DNA of 64,000 bases from an uncultured Planctomycetota bacterium (GCA_963849325.1 CAWKHF010000007.1:512001-576000), one strand, 5' to 3'; positions 11,994-25,590 are shown, counted from the stretch's first letter. Notes: a model not told the origin generated them from the sequence alone. Made by a program: numbers and translations.

Positions 11994-12109
11994 GCGACGC
12001 TGCCGGTCGTCTTTTTTTTCTTCTCGCTTGACAGGGCTGTCGCCGTCGTCATACAACAGATGAGGGCTCTTTCACGCCCCCTGTGCATTGTCTAGCCGAA
12101 AACGAACTG

Positions 12110-12173
12110 GGCGACGGCCGGCGTCAGCCGGCTGGTTGGGGCCGCACCAGCCGGCTGACGCCGGCCGTTCGCC
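12110..12173. repeat. REP-like palindrome
   Basis: GGCGACGGCCGGCGTCAGCCGGCTGGT ... ACCAGCCGGCTGACGCCGGCCGTTCGCC; same family at 53378-53451. Confidence 0.85.
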
Positions 12174-12236
12174 ATATCGGCGTACCACGGAGAAGGACTC
12201 TTTCCTTTTTCTTTCTTTTCCTCTTGAGGAGTCATC

Positions 12237-13062
12237 ATGTTCTTCCGGCACATCTCCCGTCGCTGGCGCGGTTTTACCTTGATCGAATTGCTGGTGGTGA
12301 TTGCGATCATCGCCATCCTGATCGGCCTGCTGCTGCCGGCCGTGCAGAAGGTGCGCGAGGCCGCCGCACGCACCCAGAGCGTCAACAACCTCAAGCAGAT
12401 CGGTCTGGCCATGCAGAACCACCACGACACGCTCAGCATGTTGCCCGACCCCGGCAACGGCGATCCCGTCGCCAACGCCAGCGGTATGGCTCAACCCGGC
12501 AGTTGGTGCTATCAAATCCTGCCCTTCATCGAGCAGCAGGCGATCTTCACCAATCGCAGCGTCACCATTCCGGTCAAGGCCTTCCTCGATCCGGGCCGTT
12601 CTCGCCAAGCTACGATCCCCAGCGACACCTCTCACGGAGGCGTCTATACCGGCTGGGCCGTGACGGATTACGCCATTAATACGGTCCCGTTTGGCGGGGG
12701 CACCAACGGCGATCCGCAAAGGCAGGTAACTCTTCCTTCCTTCACGGACGGGACGTCCAACACCATCTTCGTCGGCGAGAAGTCGGTCGATCCCACCATG
12801 TACGTCAGCAATGGCGGCAGCTGGGATGAGCCGGCCTATTGTGGCCAATGGGGAGGCTGTCTCCGTCAGGGGACCGCGGTCTTACGGGATGTCAAGGGGG
12901 TGAGTTACTCGAATAATTGGGGCGCCACCTTACTCCGGAGGCGCTCCCTTCGTCATGTACGACGGCAGCGTTCACATGGTCACCTACGGCTTCGATCCGG
13001 TCTCCTTCGGTTACTACCTGACTTCCAACGCCGGCGACGTTCCGACCTCCACCATCAACTGA
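12237..13062 (+). CDS. DUF1559 prepilin-type protein (frameshift near 12925)
   Basis: [54 protein letters not shown] in the shifted frame. Confidence 0.88.
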
Positions 13063-13224
13063 GGCCGCTGGCGCCATCCTCGTTTCGCCGCGACGCGCTC
13101 CGCGGCGAAACGAGGATTCGTCGTTTCTCGCCCATCATCTTGCGGGGTCGCGGACGCCCCCATAGAATCAACTCCGTGGACCTCGAACCATCCTCCGAAC
13201 AGCGCCCACTCTCCCGAGACTGCC

Positions 13225-13766
13225 ATGCGCGTCTGGTTCCATAACCTCATCGTGGCCATCCGAACGGTGGCCCAGGGCATGTACGTGACCCTGTGGTATT
13301 TCCTGCAAACGTACCGGCGGAAGACGTTCACGGAACGCTTCGAGTATCCCGAACTGCCGGTGCCGGTCAAGCCGCGCTACCGCGGCTTTCATCGCTTCGA
13401 CCTGAGCACCTGCATCGGCTGCGACAAATGCGCCGCGCCTGTCCGGTCGATTGCATCTACATCGAGAAGATCAAGAACCCGGTCGGCAAGGGTTTCCGGG
13501 TCAACGGCTTCACGATCGACTATACCAAGTGCATGTTCTGCGCCTTGTGTGTCGATCCGTGCCCGGTCGATTGCATCTTCATGGGTTCGACCCACGATCA
13601 GAGCTGCTTCAGCCGAGATGGCTGCATCGTCGATTTCGCCAAGCTGCCGCTGGAGATCGCCTGGGGCCAGGCCACGCTCAATCCGACGGCCGTGTCCGCT
13701 TCCAAGCTTCAGGTCGAGCCGGTCTGGACCAAGCCGCCCGACCCAGCCCCGGCGGCGAAGAAATGA
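13225..13766 (+). CDS. nuoI: NADH-quinone oxidoreductase subunit I (frameshift near 13435)
   Basis: [38 protein letters not shown]. Confidence 0.88.
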
Positions 13767-13771
13767 CGAGT

Positions 13772-13817
13772 CAGGGGTCAGGGGTCAGAAAGAAGGGCTG
13801 ACCCCTGACCCCTGACT
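13772..13817. repeat. Palindrome of CAGGGGT heptamers
   Basis: CAGGGGTCAGGGGTCAG ... CTGACCCCTGACCCCTGA. Confidence 0.8.
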
Positions 13818-13946
13818 CCTACTGGCAAAGCCGGTGCGGTGGATTTACAATGGCGAATACCAGGAGCGAATGTTGCGGATTGGAAGCCTCATCCTTCTCA
13901 CTCAGGCGGGTAAACAGTCCCGCCACTCCCCGGAGGAGGGACAGAG

Positions 13947-14381
13947 ATGGCGGCACCCAAGAACGGCACGAGATTCTTCACGACGACCGAGGCCAACAAC
14001 ACCCTACCGCTGGTCCGCGCCATCGTGCAGGACATCACGGAACTGGCCCGCGAGCTGCGCGAGCGGCACGAACGGCTGGAACGACTGCGGCCGGACGGAC
14101 GCTTCGCCCTCAGCGACGCCCACGATGAGGAACTCCAGCAAGTGCGGGCGGAGCTGGAGCGCGGCCAGGAGAAGATGGAAGAATACGTCCGCGAGCTGAA
14201 TCAGCTCGGTGTCGAGTTGAAGGACTACTTCACCGGCCTGATCGACTTTCCCAGCGTGCGCAACGGCCGAGTGGTTTACCTGTGCTGGCGCCTGGGCGAG
14301 CCGGAGGTCGGCCACTGGCACGAACTCGAAGCCGGCTTCGCGGGCCGACAAAAGCTGGTGCCCGACACCAGCCGCGTCTGA
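13947..14381 (+). CDS. DUF2203 protein
   Basis: [38 protein letters not shown]. Confidence 0.9.
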   Translation: MAAPKNGTRFFTTTEANNTLPLVRAIVQDITELARELRERHERLERLRPDGRFALSDAHDEELQQVRAELERGQEKMEEYVRELNQLGVELKDYFTGLIDFPSVRNGRVVYLCWRLGEPEVGHWHELEAGFAGRQKLVPDTSRV

Positions 14382-14400
14382 CGCCGCGAGTATACTTTCG

Positions 14401-14454
14401 GAGCCGCGACCGTCAGGGAGCGGAGAGAAGACCGCTCCCTGACGGTCGCGGCTC
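14401..14454. repeat. REP-like palindrome
   Basis: GAGCCGCGACCGTCAGGGAGCGG ... CCGCTCCCTGACGGTCGCGGCTC. Confidence 0.85.
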
Positions 14455-14472
14455 GGTTTGGAGAGGGTTCGC

Positions 14473-15203
14473 ATGACTCCCCTGGCTGCCTATGCTCTGC
14501 TGTTCGTGGCCGTCGGCATCGGCTTCATCTTCGTTCACCTGATGGCCGGCAAAATGATCCGGCCGCACAACCCCAACGCCTCCAAGGGCACCATCTACGA
14601 GTGCGGTGAGCCGACCATCGGCAGTGCCTGGATCCAGTTTGACCTGCGCTTCTACGTCGTCGCCCTGCTGTTCGTCATCTTCGACGTGGAAGTGGCGTTC
14701 TTCTTCCCGTGGGCGGAAGTGTTCGGCAAGGCCAACGCGGTGGCATCGGCCAACCAACTGTCCGACGCCGAGGGCTACCATCAGACGGCGGAGCGAGCGG
14801 CGGAACTGCTGTCGCCGCAGGTCCGAGAAGAGCACGCCCGGCAGATCGAGCAACTTCGGCAGATCACGCCTCAGAATGTCGTTCGACTGCACGAATTGCG
14901 CCAGCAGAAGGAGAATGCTACCAACCACCGGCTGGAGGCGGAAGAAGAGGCCGAGCTGGAACCCCTGGACAATTTGGAGAGACTGGCCACTCAGACCCGC
15001 AGCAGGGACGCCAACTCGGCTGGCTCGCCTTGCTGGAGATCGCCGTCTTCTTCGGCGTCCTGCTGGTGGGATTCGCCTACTTGTGGAGTCGCGGCGATCT
15101 CGCCTGGGTCCGCAGCCTGGCCGCCGAGCGTACCGGAGCGGAGCCAGGGTCGCCGGTGGTTCGACAACCCGCGCCGCTGGCCGGCACCGCCGCGCATTCG
15201 TGA
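14473..15203 (+). CDS. nuoA: NADH-quinone oxidoreductase subunit A with a long insertion (frameshift near 15010)
   Basis: YECGEP, FYVVALLFVIFDVEVAFFFPWA; third TM LVGFAYLWSRGDLAW in the shifted frame. Confidence 0.88.
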
Positions 15204-15260
15204 CCATTCACCCGGATCGGAATAGAAGAAAGCCTCAAACCCGAGGCGGGAGTCCTGACG

Positions 15261-15894
15261 ATGGGATGGCTGGAAGGACGTTTTGAAGAGAGCGTTATCA
15301 CGACCTCGCTGGAGCAGGCCATCAACTGGGCGCGCGAGTCGAGCATGTGGCCGATGACGTTCGGCCTGGCCTGCTGCGCCATCGAGATGATGGCCACCGG
15401 CGCCTTGCGCTACGACATCGACCGCTTCGGCGCCGGCGCCTTCCGGGCGACGCCGCGCCAGGCCGATCTGATGATCGTGGCCGGCACCGTCAATTTCAAG
15501 ATGGCCAGCCGCGTGCGTCGCCTGTACAACCAGATGCCCGATCCGAAGTTCGTCATCGCCATGGGCGCCTGCACCTGCGGCGGCGGGCCGTATTACAAGT
15601 ACGGCTACAACGTCGTCAAGGGCGTCGATCTGGTGGTGCCGGTGGACGTGTACGTTCCCGGCTGTCCGCCGCGGCCGGAAGCGCTGCTGGAAGGGCTCAT
15701 GCGCATTCAGGACAAGGTGCGGGCCATGAAGGACCTGACCACGGATCAGCCGCTCGACGTGCCGATCCCCTCGCGCAGCGGCTATACTCTGCTGCCGCCG
15801 GAATTGGACGATCCCGACCCGGTCGCGGCGCCTGGAAAAGCAGAACGCCTTCGCCAAGAAGACCAAGGAACTCGCCGCCCCCGCCAAGGCATAA
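15261..15894 (+). CDS. nuoB: NADH-quinone oxidoreductase subunit B (3' end uncertain, likely frameshift)
   Basis: [25 protein letters not shown]. Confidence 0.93.
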
Positions 15895-15900
15895 GAGAAC

Positions 15901-15980
15901 AACCACGAATCACACGAATCACACGAATAAAAAAAGATTTGATTTGTCTCTTATTCGTGTGATTCGTGTGATTCGTGGTT
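15901..15980. repeat. Palindromic element, AACCACGAATCACACGAA family
   Basis: Same arms as 10601-10719. Confidence 0.85.
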
Positions 15981-15999
15981 TGTCTTGAGGAGCCAACGT

Positions 16000-16531
16000 A
16001 TGACTGCCGCCGAGATCGCCGTCCTTCTCGAACAGCAGTTCGGTTCGCGCATCCCCTCGAAGAACCTGGAAGCGATCGACCCGTTCGTCGTGGTCGAGGC
16101 CGCCAGACCTCTTCGACGTGTGCCGCTTCCTCAAGCGAAGACCCGCGTTTGCAGTTCGACATCCTCAACTGCATCAGCGGCGTCGATTACCTGGAGCCGG
16201 ACGCCAAGAAGGCACCCAAGGCCGGCTTCAGCCGCATCTGGAAGTCGTCTATCACCTGTCCAGCTTCCGTCATCGCCATCGCTTCGTCCTCAAGGTGCTG
16301 CTGCCGCGCTGGAAGAACGACAAGGCCGGCGAACTGCCGGAAGTCCCCTCGGTCACGTCGCTGTGGCGCACCGCCGACTGGCACGAGCGCGAGGTTTACG
16401 ACCTGTCCGGCGTGTGGTTCACCGGCCATCCCGAGCTGACGCGCATCCTGCTCGCCGACGATTGGGTCGGCCATCCGTTGCGGAAGGATTACGAGTTTCC
16501 GCTGGAATATCACGGTATTCGCGGACGTTAA
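16000..16531 (+). CDS. nuoC: NADH-quinone oxidoreductase subunit C (frameshifts)
   Basis: [27 protein letters not shown]. Confidence 0.9.
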
Positions 16532-16571
16532 CCTGCCGCCCCCGGCAAGCGGGGGCTATGTGAGGATGTTC

Positions 16572-17789
16572 ATGGCCACTGTCGCAGCACCGGAACGCAA
16601 ACAAGACCAAACGGTCATCGAATTCGACGTCCGCACCGACGAGATGCTCGTCAACATGGGTCCGCAGCACCCCAGCACGCACGGCGTACTGCGGCTGGTG
16701 CTGCGCACCGACGGCGAGGTCATCTCCGAAGTGACGCCGCACCTGGGCTATCTGCACCGCTGCGCCGAGAAGATCGGCGAGAACGTCACGCCGATCCAGT
16801 TCATCCCCTACACCGACCGCATGGACTACCTGGCCGGGATGAACATGAACCTGGCCTACTCGTTGGCCGTCGAAAAGCTGTGCGGCATGAAGCTGCCGGA
16901 GAAGGCCAACGTCATCCGCGTCCTCATCGCCGAGCTGAACCGCATCGCCAGCCATCTCGTCGGCATGGGCGCCTACGGACTCGACCTCGGCACGTTCAGC
17001 CCGTTTTTGTACGCCTTCCGCGAACGCGAGATGATCCTCGATCTGTTCGAGGAAGTTTGCGGCGCCCGCCTGACCTACAGTTACATCACCATCGGCGGCG
17101 TCCACGACGATCTGCCGGCTGGCTGGGTCGAGCGCTGCCGCGAGTTCCTCAACTACTTGAAGCCGCGCATCCCGGAGTATCACACGCTCCTGACGACCAA
17201 TCACATCTTCGTCCAGCGGACGGCCAACATCGGCATGCTGTCGCGGGAGATGGCCCTCAGTTACGGCTGCACCGGCCCGATGCTGCGCGGCTCGCTCGAC
17301 CGCCGACAGGGCGACCCGGACTGGGACCTGCGCCGCATCGAGCCGTACTGCGGCTACGAAACCTACGATTTCAACGTAGTGGTGCCGCCCTTCGATGACC
17401 GCTGGGGTTGGCGGAAACCCCAGGGCACCGTCCTCGGCGACGCCTGGCATCGGTTCATGGTGCGCATGCTCGAAGTGGTGGAGAGCATCCGCCTCTGCGA
17501 GCAAGCCCTCGACCGTTATCCGACCGCGCAGGGCGCGCACCGCATCGAAATGCCACGTCATCTGCCGGCCGGCGAAGCCTACGTCGAGACGGAATGTCCG
17601 CGCGGCCAGATGGGTTTCTACGTCGTCGCCGCTCCCGGCAAGGGCGTGGTGCCGTTGCGCGTGCGGGCGCGATCGTCGAGCTTCTGCAACCTGAGTGTGA
17701 CCAACGACATCTGCCGCGGCTGTCTGATCGCCGACGTGCCGGCCATCGTCGGTAGCATCGATATCGTCATGGGCGAGATCGATCGGTGA
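16572..17789 (+). CDS. nuoD: NADH-quinone oxidoreductase subunit D
   Basis: NMGPQHPSTHGVLRL, GYLHR, RMDYL, ELNRIASH, C-terminal GEIDR. Confidence 0.95.
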   Translation: MATVAAPERKQDQTVIEFDVRTDEMLVNMGPQHPSTHGVLRLVLRTDGEVISEVTPHLGYLHRCAEKIGENVTPIQFIPYTDRMDYLAGMNMNLAYSLAVEKLCGMKLPEKANVIRVLIAELNRIASHLVGMGAYGLDLGTFSPFLYAFREREMILDLFEEVCGARLTYSYITIGGVHDDLPAGWVERCREFLNYLKPRIPEYHTLLTTNHIFVQRTANIGMLSREMALSYGCTGPMLRGSLDRRQGDPDWDLRRIEPYCGYETYDFNVVVPPFDDRWGWRKPQGTVLGDAWHRFMVRMLEVVESIRLCEQALDRYPTAQGAHRIEMPRHLPAGEAYVETECPRGQMGFYVVAAPGKGVVPLRVRARSSSFCNLSVTNDICRGCLIADVPAIVGSIDIVMGEIDR

Positions 17790-17887
17790 GACGAATTTCC
17801 ATAAATTGCTTGTAAATCAAGTAGTTGCGTCGAACCGATAGTGCCGAGGCAGCTGGCACCATCCGCGAAGATTGTTCGGTGGCGGTC

Positions 17888-18676
17888 ATGAATCGTCTCA
17901 AGATCGGCATTTGTCTGGAATCGCTCGACCTACCGCTGCGGCGTGCGCTGACGGAGGCGGGGCGGCTGGGCGTCTCCGGCGTGCAGGTGGACGCGGTCGG
18001 CGATCTGGCGCCGAATGCTCTGTCGGAGACCGGCCGCCGCGAGTTCCGTCATCTGCTCCGCGCGCACAACCTGGAGTTGACGGCGCTGGGCTGCCCGCTG
18101 CGCCGCGGTCTCGATTCGGCCGAGAACCAGCAGCCGCGCCTCGAGCACGTCCAGAAGGTGCTCAACCTCAGCTACGATCTCGGGCCGCGCGTCGTCATCG
18201 TCCAGGCCGGGTCTATCGTTGAGGACGCCGCCAACCCGCACATGCACATCCTCAGCGAATCGCTGCAAGCCCTGGCCCGTCACGGCGACCGCAGCGGCAC
18301 CATCCTCGCCCTGGAAACCGGCCTGGAGGACGGCGCCGCGCTCGCGTCCTTCCTCGACCGCTTCGATACCGGCGCCCTCGGCGTCAACCTCGATCCCGCC
18401 AACTTGCTGCTGCACGGCTTCGATGCGTATGCGAGCGTCCAGGCGCTCGGCCACCGCATCGTCCACACGCACGCCAAGGACGCCCGACAAGCCAGCGCCA
18501 GCCGCGCCGCTCAGGAAGTGCCTCTGGGCCATGGCGACATCGACTGGATCAAGTATCTGGGCGCCCTCGAAGAAATCGAATATCGCGGCTGGCTGACCAT
18601 CGAACGCGAGACGGGCGACAATCACCTGGCCGACGTCACCGCCGGAGTCACCTTCCTGCGCCGCCTGATTGGCTGA
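17888..18676 (+). CDS. Sugar phosphate isomerase/epimerase (TIM barrel)
   Basis: ALETG, NLDPAN, HAKD, LTIERE. Confidence 0.85.
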   Translation: MNRLKIGICLESLDLPLRRALTEAGRLGVSGVQVDAVGDLAPNALSETGRREFRHLLRAHNLELTALGCPLRRGLDSAENQQPRLEHVQKVLNLSYDLGPRVVIVQAGSIVEDAANPHMHILSESLQALARHGDRSGTILALETGLEDGAALASFLDRFDTGALGVNLDPANLLLHGFDAYASVQALGHRIVHTHAKDARQASASRAAQEVPLGHGDIDWIKYLGALEEIEYRGWLTIERETGDNHLADVTAGVTFLRRLIG

Positions 18677-18854
18677 GCCTCCGTCTTTCGCGCACTTGTC
18701 CGCGGCTTTTGCTTGCTCCGCGCCGGTCGTCCTCCTAGCATGGCTGGGACACGGTGGCATGAGGTGGATTGGGGGGCCGCTCTCCGATTCGACCCGGTCG
18801 TTCCGAGGTCGGCGCGGCGCACCCTCTCCGCCGTACTCCTCCACGAGGTACACC

Positions 18855-19856
18855 ATGAAACGATGCCTGGCGGGCGCATGTGCCCTGGGGCTGACCTTGG
18901 CCTGGATCAGTCTTGGCTCGGCCGATGACGACAAGAAGGCGAAACCGAAGCGCGATACGCACATGGCTTTCACCGATGCCGTCACCGCAGGTCCGGATTT
19001 CTTCATCCAAGGCGAGTATGAGGGGAAAATCGCCGAGAAGAACAAACTCGGCGCCCAGGTCATCGCCGACGGGGATGGCAAGTTCACGGTGGAGTTTCTC
19101 TCCGGCGGCCTGCCGGGGGCCGGATGGGACGGTAAGACGAGAAACAAGGCGTCCGCCAAGTTGGCCGACGGCAAGGTGAGCGTCGAGGGAAGCGGCTGGA
19201 CGGGCGAGATCAGCGGCTCCAAGTTCACCGGCAAGACCAAGGAGGGCGAGGCGTTCGCGCTCACGCATGTCGAGCGCAAGAGTCCGACGCTGGGCCTGAA
19301 GCCGCCCGCCGACGCCTTGGTCCTGTTCGACGGCAGCAGCGCCGACCAGTGGAACGGCGGCAAGTTGGTCGAGGGCAACCTCCTTAACGCCGGCATCACC
19401 AGTAAGAAGTCGTTCCAGGACTTCACCCTGCACCTGGAGTTCCGCCTGCCTTTCATGCCGTACGCCCGCGGCCAGGGTCGCGGCAACAGCGGCGTCTATC
19501 TGCAGAACCGCTGGGAATTGCAGCTCCTCGACAGCTTCGGCCTCAAGGGCGCCAACAACGAATGCGGCGGCATCTATTCGCAGTACGCCCCCAAGGTCAA
19601 CATGTGCTTCCCGCCGCTGTCGTGGCAGACCTACGACATCGAGTTCAAGGCCGCGCGCTTCGACGGCGACAAGAAGATCGAGGATGCCGTCGTCACCCTC
19701 AAGCACAACGGCGTCGTCGTCCACGATCATCAGAAACTCGACAAGGGACCGAGCGGCGGCGGACAGAAGGAAAGCGCCAAGCCCGGCCCGATTCAGCTCC
19801 AGAACCACGGCAACCCCGTCGTCTTCCGCAATATCTGGGTCATCGAGAAAAAGTGA
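18855..19856 (+). CDS. DUF1080 (3-keto-disaccharide hydrolase-like) protein
   Basis: [38 protein letters not shown]; signal peptide. Confidence 0.88.
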   Translation: MKRCLAGACALGLTLAWISLGSADDDKKAKPKRDTHMAFTDAVTAGPDFFIQGEYEGKIAEKNKLGAQVIADGDGKFTVEFLSGGLPGAGWDGKTRNKASAKLADGKVSVEGSGWTGEISGSKFTGKTKEGEAFALTHVERKSPTLGLKPPADALVLFDGSSADQWNGGKLVEGNLLNAGITSKKSFQDFTLHLEFRLPFMPYARGQGRGNSGVYLQNRWELQLLDSFGLKGANNECGGIYSQYAPKVNMCFPPLSWQTYDIEFKAARFDGDKKIEDAVVTLKHNGVVVHDHQKLDKGPSGGGQKESAKPGPIQLQNHGNPVVFRNIWVIEKK

Positions 19857-19868
19857 CGACGCGCATTG

Positions 19869-19934
19869 GGCGAGCGGGGTCGCGTCAGCGCCCCGAGTAC
19901 GAACCCTCGGGGCGCTGACGCGACCCCGCTCGCC
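19869..19934. repeat. REP-like palindrome
   Basis: GGCGAGCGGGGTCGCGTCAGCGCCCCGAG ... CTCGGGGCGCTGACGCGACCCCGCTCGCC; related copy at 61901-61967. Confidence 0.85.
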
Positions 19935-20025
19935 GGCGCTTGGCACCTCGCATTGTTCGCTCCCCGGGGTGACTTATAATTGAGGTAGTGGACCTCTCCT
20001 CCCTACCACTCCGAGGGAACGTGTG

Positions 20026-21205
20026 ATGGCCGACGCCTTTCTCCTCTCCGCGGCCCGAACCCCCATTGGCAAATATCTCGGCTCCCTGGCGGACGTGCCG
20101 GCCCCACAGCTCGGGTCCGTGGCCATCGCCGAGGCACTGCGCCGCGCTCGATGTGCCTCCCGACCGAGTCGAGGAAGTGATCCTCGGCAACGTCATCCAG
20201 GCGGGCGTCGGCCAGAACCCGGCGCGGCAGGCGGCGCTCAAGGCCGGACTGCCCGACTCCATCGCCGCCTTCACGGTCAACAAGGTGTGCGGTTCGGGAC
20301 TCAAGGCGGTCATGCTGGCGGCGCAGGCCGTCCGCGCCGGCGACGCCGAGCTGATCGTCGCCGGCGGCATCGAGAGCATGAGCCGGGCGCCGTACCTTCT
20401 CTTCGGCGCCCGCGCCGGCTGGAAGTACGGCGACCAGAAGGCGGTCGATGCCATGATCCACGACGGTCTGTGGTGCGCCTTCGAGGGCTGGCACATGGGC
20501 GAGGCCGCCGAGTACATCGCAGCGAAATGCGGCGTGTCGCGCGGCGAGCAGGACCGTTTCTCGGCGCAGAGCCAGCGGCGAGCCGTGGCGGCGTGGGAGA
20601 AGGGAGCGTTCCACGCCGAGGTCGTCCCCGTCACGGTCGGCACCGGGGCGAAGGCGAAGGTCGTATCGCGCGACGAAGGCATGCGGCCGGAGACGACGGT
20701 GGAGACGTTGGCGAAGCTGAAACCGGCCTTCCGCGAGGGTGGCACGGTCACGGCCGGCAACGCCTCGACGCTCAGCGACGGCGGCGCGGCCGTCGTCGTT
20801 GGCTCGGCCCGCGCGGCCGAGCGCCTGGGCACCAAACCGTTGGCCCGTGTCGTCGCCTACTCCACAAGCGGCGTGGCCCCGAAGGACATCTTCCTCGCTC
20901 CGGTATTGGCCGTGCGCCAGGTGTTGGACAAGGCCAATCTGCAGATGAAGGACATTGACCTGTTCGAGCTGAACGAGGCGTTCGCGGCCCAGATGCTGGC
21001 GTGCGGCCAGGAGCTGAAGCTGGACGAGGAGAGAGTCAACGTCCACGGCGGGGCCATCGCGCTGGGACATCCCATCGGGGCGTCGGGAGCGCGGGTGCTG
21101 GTGACGCTGCTGTATGCTCTCGAACAGCGCGGGCTGAAGCGCGGGCTGGCGTCGCTGTGCCTGGGCGGCGGCAACGCCGTGGCGATGGTGGTGGAACGGG
21201 TGTAA
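20026..21205 (+). CDS. Acetyl-CoA acetyltransferase (thiolase) (frameshift near 20150)
   Basis: [25 protein letters not shown]. Confidence 0.93.
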
Positions 21206-21225
21206 GCCAGGAGGGGCTCTTTCGT

Positions 21226-21900
21226 ATGAGTACCATCGTAATTGCAGACCAGGTTCGTATCCCTTCCTGGGTGAATGACCTGGAGTCGTTCCGTCGCTGG
21301 GCTCGCTCGGACGATTATCCCGAACGAGGGTGGGTGTCCTTCCTCGACGGCGAAATTTGGGTGGATACGAGCATGGAGCAACTATTTACCCATAATCAGG
21401 TGAAGACGGAGTTCACCGTCGTGCTGGGGAGCCTAATGAAACGGGAAGAGTTGGGCTACTACTTCTCTGATCGAGTGCTCCTGAGCAATGAGCAGGCGAA
21501 CCTCTCGACGGAGCCGGACGGCACGTTTTGCTCGTTCGCCGCTCTCGAGGCCAAGCGCATCCGATTGCTGGAAGGAGTAGAGCAAGGGTATGTGGAGATC
21601 GAAGGGGCGCCGGACATGGTGTTGGAGGTGGTTAGTGCCTATTCGGTTCGTAAGGACACGAAAATCCTTCGCCATCTCTACGGACGCGCCGGCATCCCCG
21701 AATACTGGCTCGTCGATGCCCGAAAATCTTCTTTGCAATTCGACATCCTGCGCTGGACGGAGCGCGGCTACTTGGCCGGCCGGCGCCGGCACGGTTGGTT
21801 GAAATCGAAGGTGTTCGGCCGATCCTTCCTGCTGGAAACCAAGCCGGATCGGCTGGGGCATCCGCAGTTCTTCCTGCGCATGGCAGGCGCCGAACCGTAG
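21226..21900 (+). CDS. Uma2 family endonuclease-like protein
   Basis: EPDG, PDMVLEVVS, GIPEYWLVD. Confidence 0.85.
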   Translation: MSTIVIADQVRIPSWVNDLESFRRWARSDDYPERGWVSFLDGEIWVDTSMEQLFTHNQVKTEFTVVLGSLMKREELGYYFSDRVLLSNEQANLSTEPDGTFCSFAALEAKRIRLLEGVEQGYVEIEGAPDMVLEVVSAYSVRKDTKILRHLYGRAGIPEYWLVDARKSSLQFDILRWTERGYLAGRRRHGWLKSKVFGRSFLLETKPDRLGHPQFFLRMAGAEP

Positions 21901-21975
21901 AGGACGCATCGGAGACCGCAGGCGCGTTTCCGTAAATAGGGGCATATCTTACCCACAAGAAAGAAGGAAGCTCCG

Positions 21976-23628
<1,653 letters not shown>

Positions 23629-23651
23629 AATCCAAAGTGAGGAGAAACGAA

Positions 23652-24242
23652 ATGGCCACAGTGACAGCCGAACCTCTGAGCGCGACCGCCGTTGAGCGAG
23701 CCTTGATGACGGCGGAGGAATTTCTGCGCCTTCCTAATGACGGTAGGCCGAGGGAATTAGTGCGAGGGAGAGTAATTTACATGAACGTGCCGACGCCGCG
23801 ACATGGGCAGATATGCGGTCAAGTCTATTACCTGTTGCGGCACTTCTTGGAAGACCATTCCGTGGGGCACGTTGTCTGCAATGATTCGGGAGTGCGTACC
23901 GAACGCGGCCCAGACACCGTGAGAGGAGCGGATGTCGCCTTCTACAGTTACCAGCGCGTACCCCCCGGCCTCTTCCCTCAAGGATACTTGCCCGTCGTGC
24001 CCGAACTGGTCTTCGAGGTCCGCTCGTCGGGTGACCGTTGGGGGCGGATCTGGACCAAGGTTGGCGAGTATCTGGAAGCAGGGGTGACGGTCGTGTGCGT
24101 CCTCGATCAGATCCGGGAAAGATGTCATGTCTTTCGTCCCGATGATTCCGGTGAAATCTTCTCGGCCGAGCAGGAATTGACTCTCCCGGACGTTCTGCCT
24201 GAATTTCAGATTGTCGTGCGGCGATTCTTCGAGTATCCCTGA
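23652..24242 (+). CDS. Uma2 family endonuclease-like protein
   Basis: ELVRG, RGADVAF, PELVFEVRS, YLEAGV, DVLPEF. Confidence 0.88.
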   Translation: MATVTAEPLSATAVERALMTAEEFLRLPNDGRPRELVRGRVIYMNVPTPRHGQICGQVYYLLRHFLEDHSVGHVVCNDSGVRTERGPDTVRGADVAFYSYQRVPPGLFPQGYLPVVPELVFEVRSSGDRWGRIWTKVGEYLEAGVTVVCVLDQIRERCHVFRPDDSGEIFSAEQELTLPDVLPEFQIVVRRFFEYP

Positions 24243-24251
24243 GGAAACTTC

Positions 24252-24662
24252 ATGGCCGAATCTCACCCCGTGCGCGTCGTCCTCGCCAAGGTCGGTCTGG
24301 ACGGCCACGACCGCGGCATCAAGGTCGTCGCTCGTGCCCTGCGCGATGCCGGCATGCAGGTCATCTACGCCGGCCTGTGGCAGACGCCCGAGGCGGTTGT
24401 GCGCACCGTCGCCGACGAGGACGCTGATTGGCTCGGTCTGAGCCTCCTTAGCGGCGCTCACATGACCCTGGTGCCGCGCGTCCTGCAACTGTTACGCGAG
24501 GCGGGGCTGGAACACGTCGGCGTCCTGGTCGGTGGCATCATCCCCGAGGACGACGTGCCGAAGCTGCGCGAGATGGGCGTGGCCCACGTCTTCGGTCCCG
24601 GCACGGCGCTGCCGGAAATCGTCGCGTTTTTGCAACAGCGCAGCGGAGCGGGCCATGCTTGA
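24252..24662 (+). CDS. Acyl-CoA mutase cobalamin-binding subunit
   Basis: GLDGHDRG (DxHxxG), GLSLLSGAH, GGIIP. Confidence 0.93.
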   Translation: MAESHPVRVVLAKVGLDGHDRGIKVVARALRDAGMQVIYAGLWQTPEAVVRTVADEDADWLGLSLLSGAHMTLVPRVLQLLREAGLEHVGVLVGGIIPEDDVPKLREMGVAHVFGPGTALPEIVAFLQQRSGAGHA

Positions 24663-25590
24663 GACGCTCCTGGAACGCTTTCGCCGCCGCGACCGCCTGG
24701 CCCTGGCTCGGCTCCTCAGTCTGGCGGCGCGGGGCGAGCAGGTCGAAGACATTCTGACCGGCGTAGGAGAACCCGCGCGGCCGGCCCGCGTGGTCGCCGT
24801 CACCGGCAGCGGCGGCGTCGGCAAGAGCACCCTGATCGGCAAGATGATTGACGAAGTGCGACGCCAGGGGGCGAGCGTGGCCGTGCTCGCTTGCGATCCG
24901 CAAAGTCCGCTGAGCGGCGGCGCGCTGCTCGGCGATCGCTTCCGCATGCCGGCGCGGCCCGACGACGACGGCGTCTTCATCCGCAGTCTGGCCGCCGCCG
25001 GAGGACACGGCGCCCTGGCCGAGCACCTCGCCGTCCTCGTCCGTCTGCTGGAAGCGTTCGGCTTCGACGTGGTACTGATCGAGACCGTCGGCGCGGGGCA
25101 GGGCGATACGGTCGTGCGCGAGTTGGTCGATGTCCTCGTGCTGCTGCTCCAGCCGGAGACTGGCGACGATTTGCAGTGGGAGAAGGCCGGACTGCTGGAG
25201 GTGGCCGACGTCCTTGTCATCCACAAGGCGGACCTGCCCGGCGCCGAGCGCGTCGAGGCGCAGGTGCTGGCGACGCTCGCCCTCGGCACGGCGGCCGCCG
25301 CGCCGGTGCTGCGCATCAGCTCGCGCACCGGGAGCGGACTTGCCGAGCTGTGGCGGACGATCGCCGCGCGGCCGCTGCGCCGCGGCCGACAGAGGAGCGG
25401 CCGCGACCTGCTCCGACTCGCTCAACAGACGTTGGCCGCGCGCTTCGCCGCGGCCGAGGGCGCCGATCGACCGGAGTTACGGCAACTACTGAAACGCTGG
25501 CAGCGCGGTGACATCCCTACCGCCCAGGCCGCCTCGTCTCTTCTCGACCTGCTCCGCGAAGCCACGACTCCCGCCGAACCGCGCCGTTAA
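24655..25590 (+). CDS. meaB: MeaB/ArgK-like G-protein chaperone
   Basis: GSGGVGKS, GGALLGDRFRM, IETVGAGQ, HKAD. Confidence 0.9.
   Translation: MLETLLERFRRRDRLALARLLSLAARGEQVEDILTGVGEPARPARVVAVTGSGGVGKSTLIGKMIDEVRRQGASVAVLACDPQSPLSGGALLGDRFRMPARPDDDGVFIRSLAAAGGHGALAEHLAVLVRLLEAFGFDVVLIETVGAGQGDTVVRELVDVLVLLLQPETGDDLQWEKAGLLEVADVLVIHKADLPGAERVEAQVLATLALGTAAAAPVLRISSRTGSGLAELWRTIAARPLRRGRQRSGRDLLRLAQQTLAARFAAAEGADRPELRQLLKRWQRGDIPTAQAASSLLDLLREATTPAEPRR

Noticed and set aside
15261-17789. Group 4 [NiFe] hydrogenase
   Set aside because: The large subunit lacks the CxxC nickel ligands and has NuoD quinone-site motifs.
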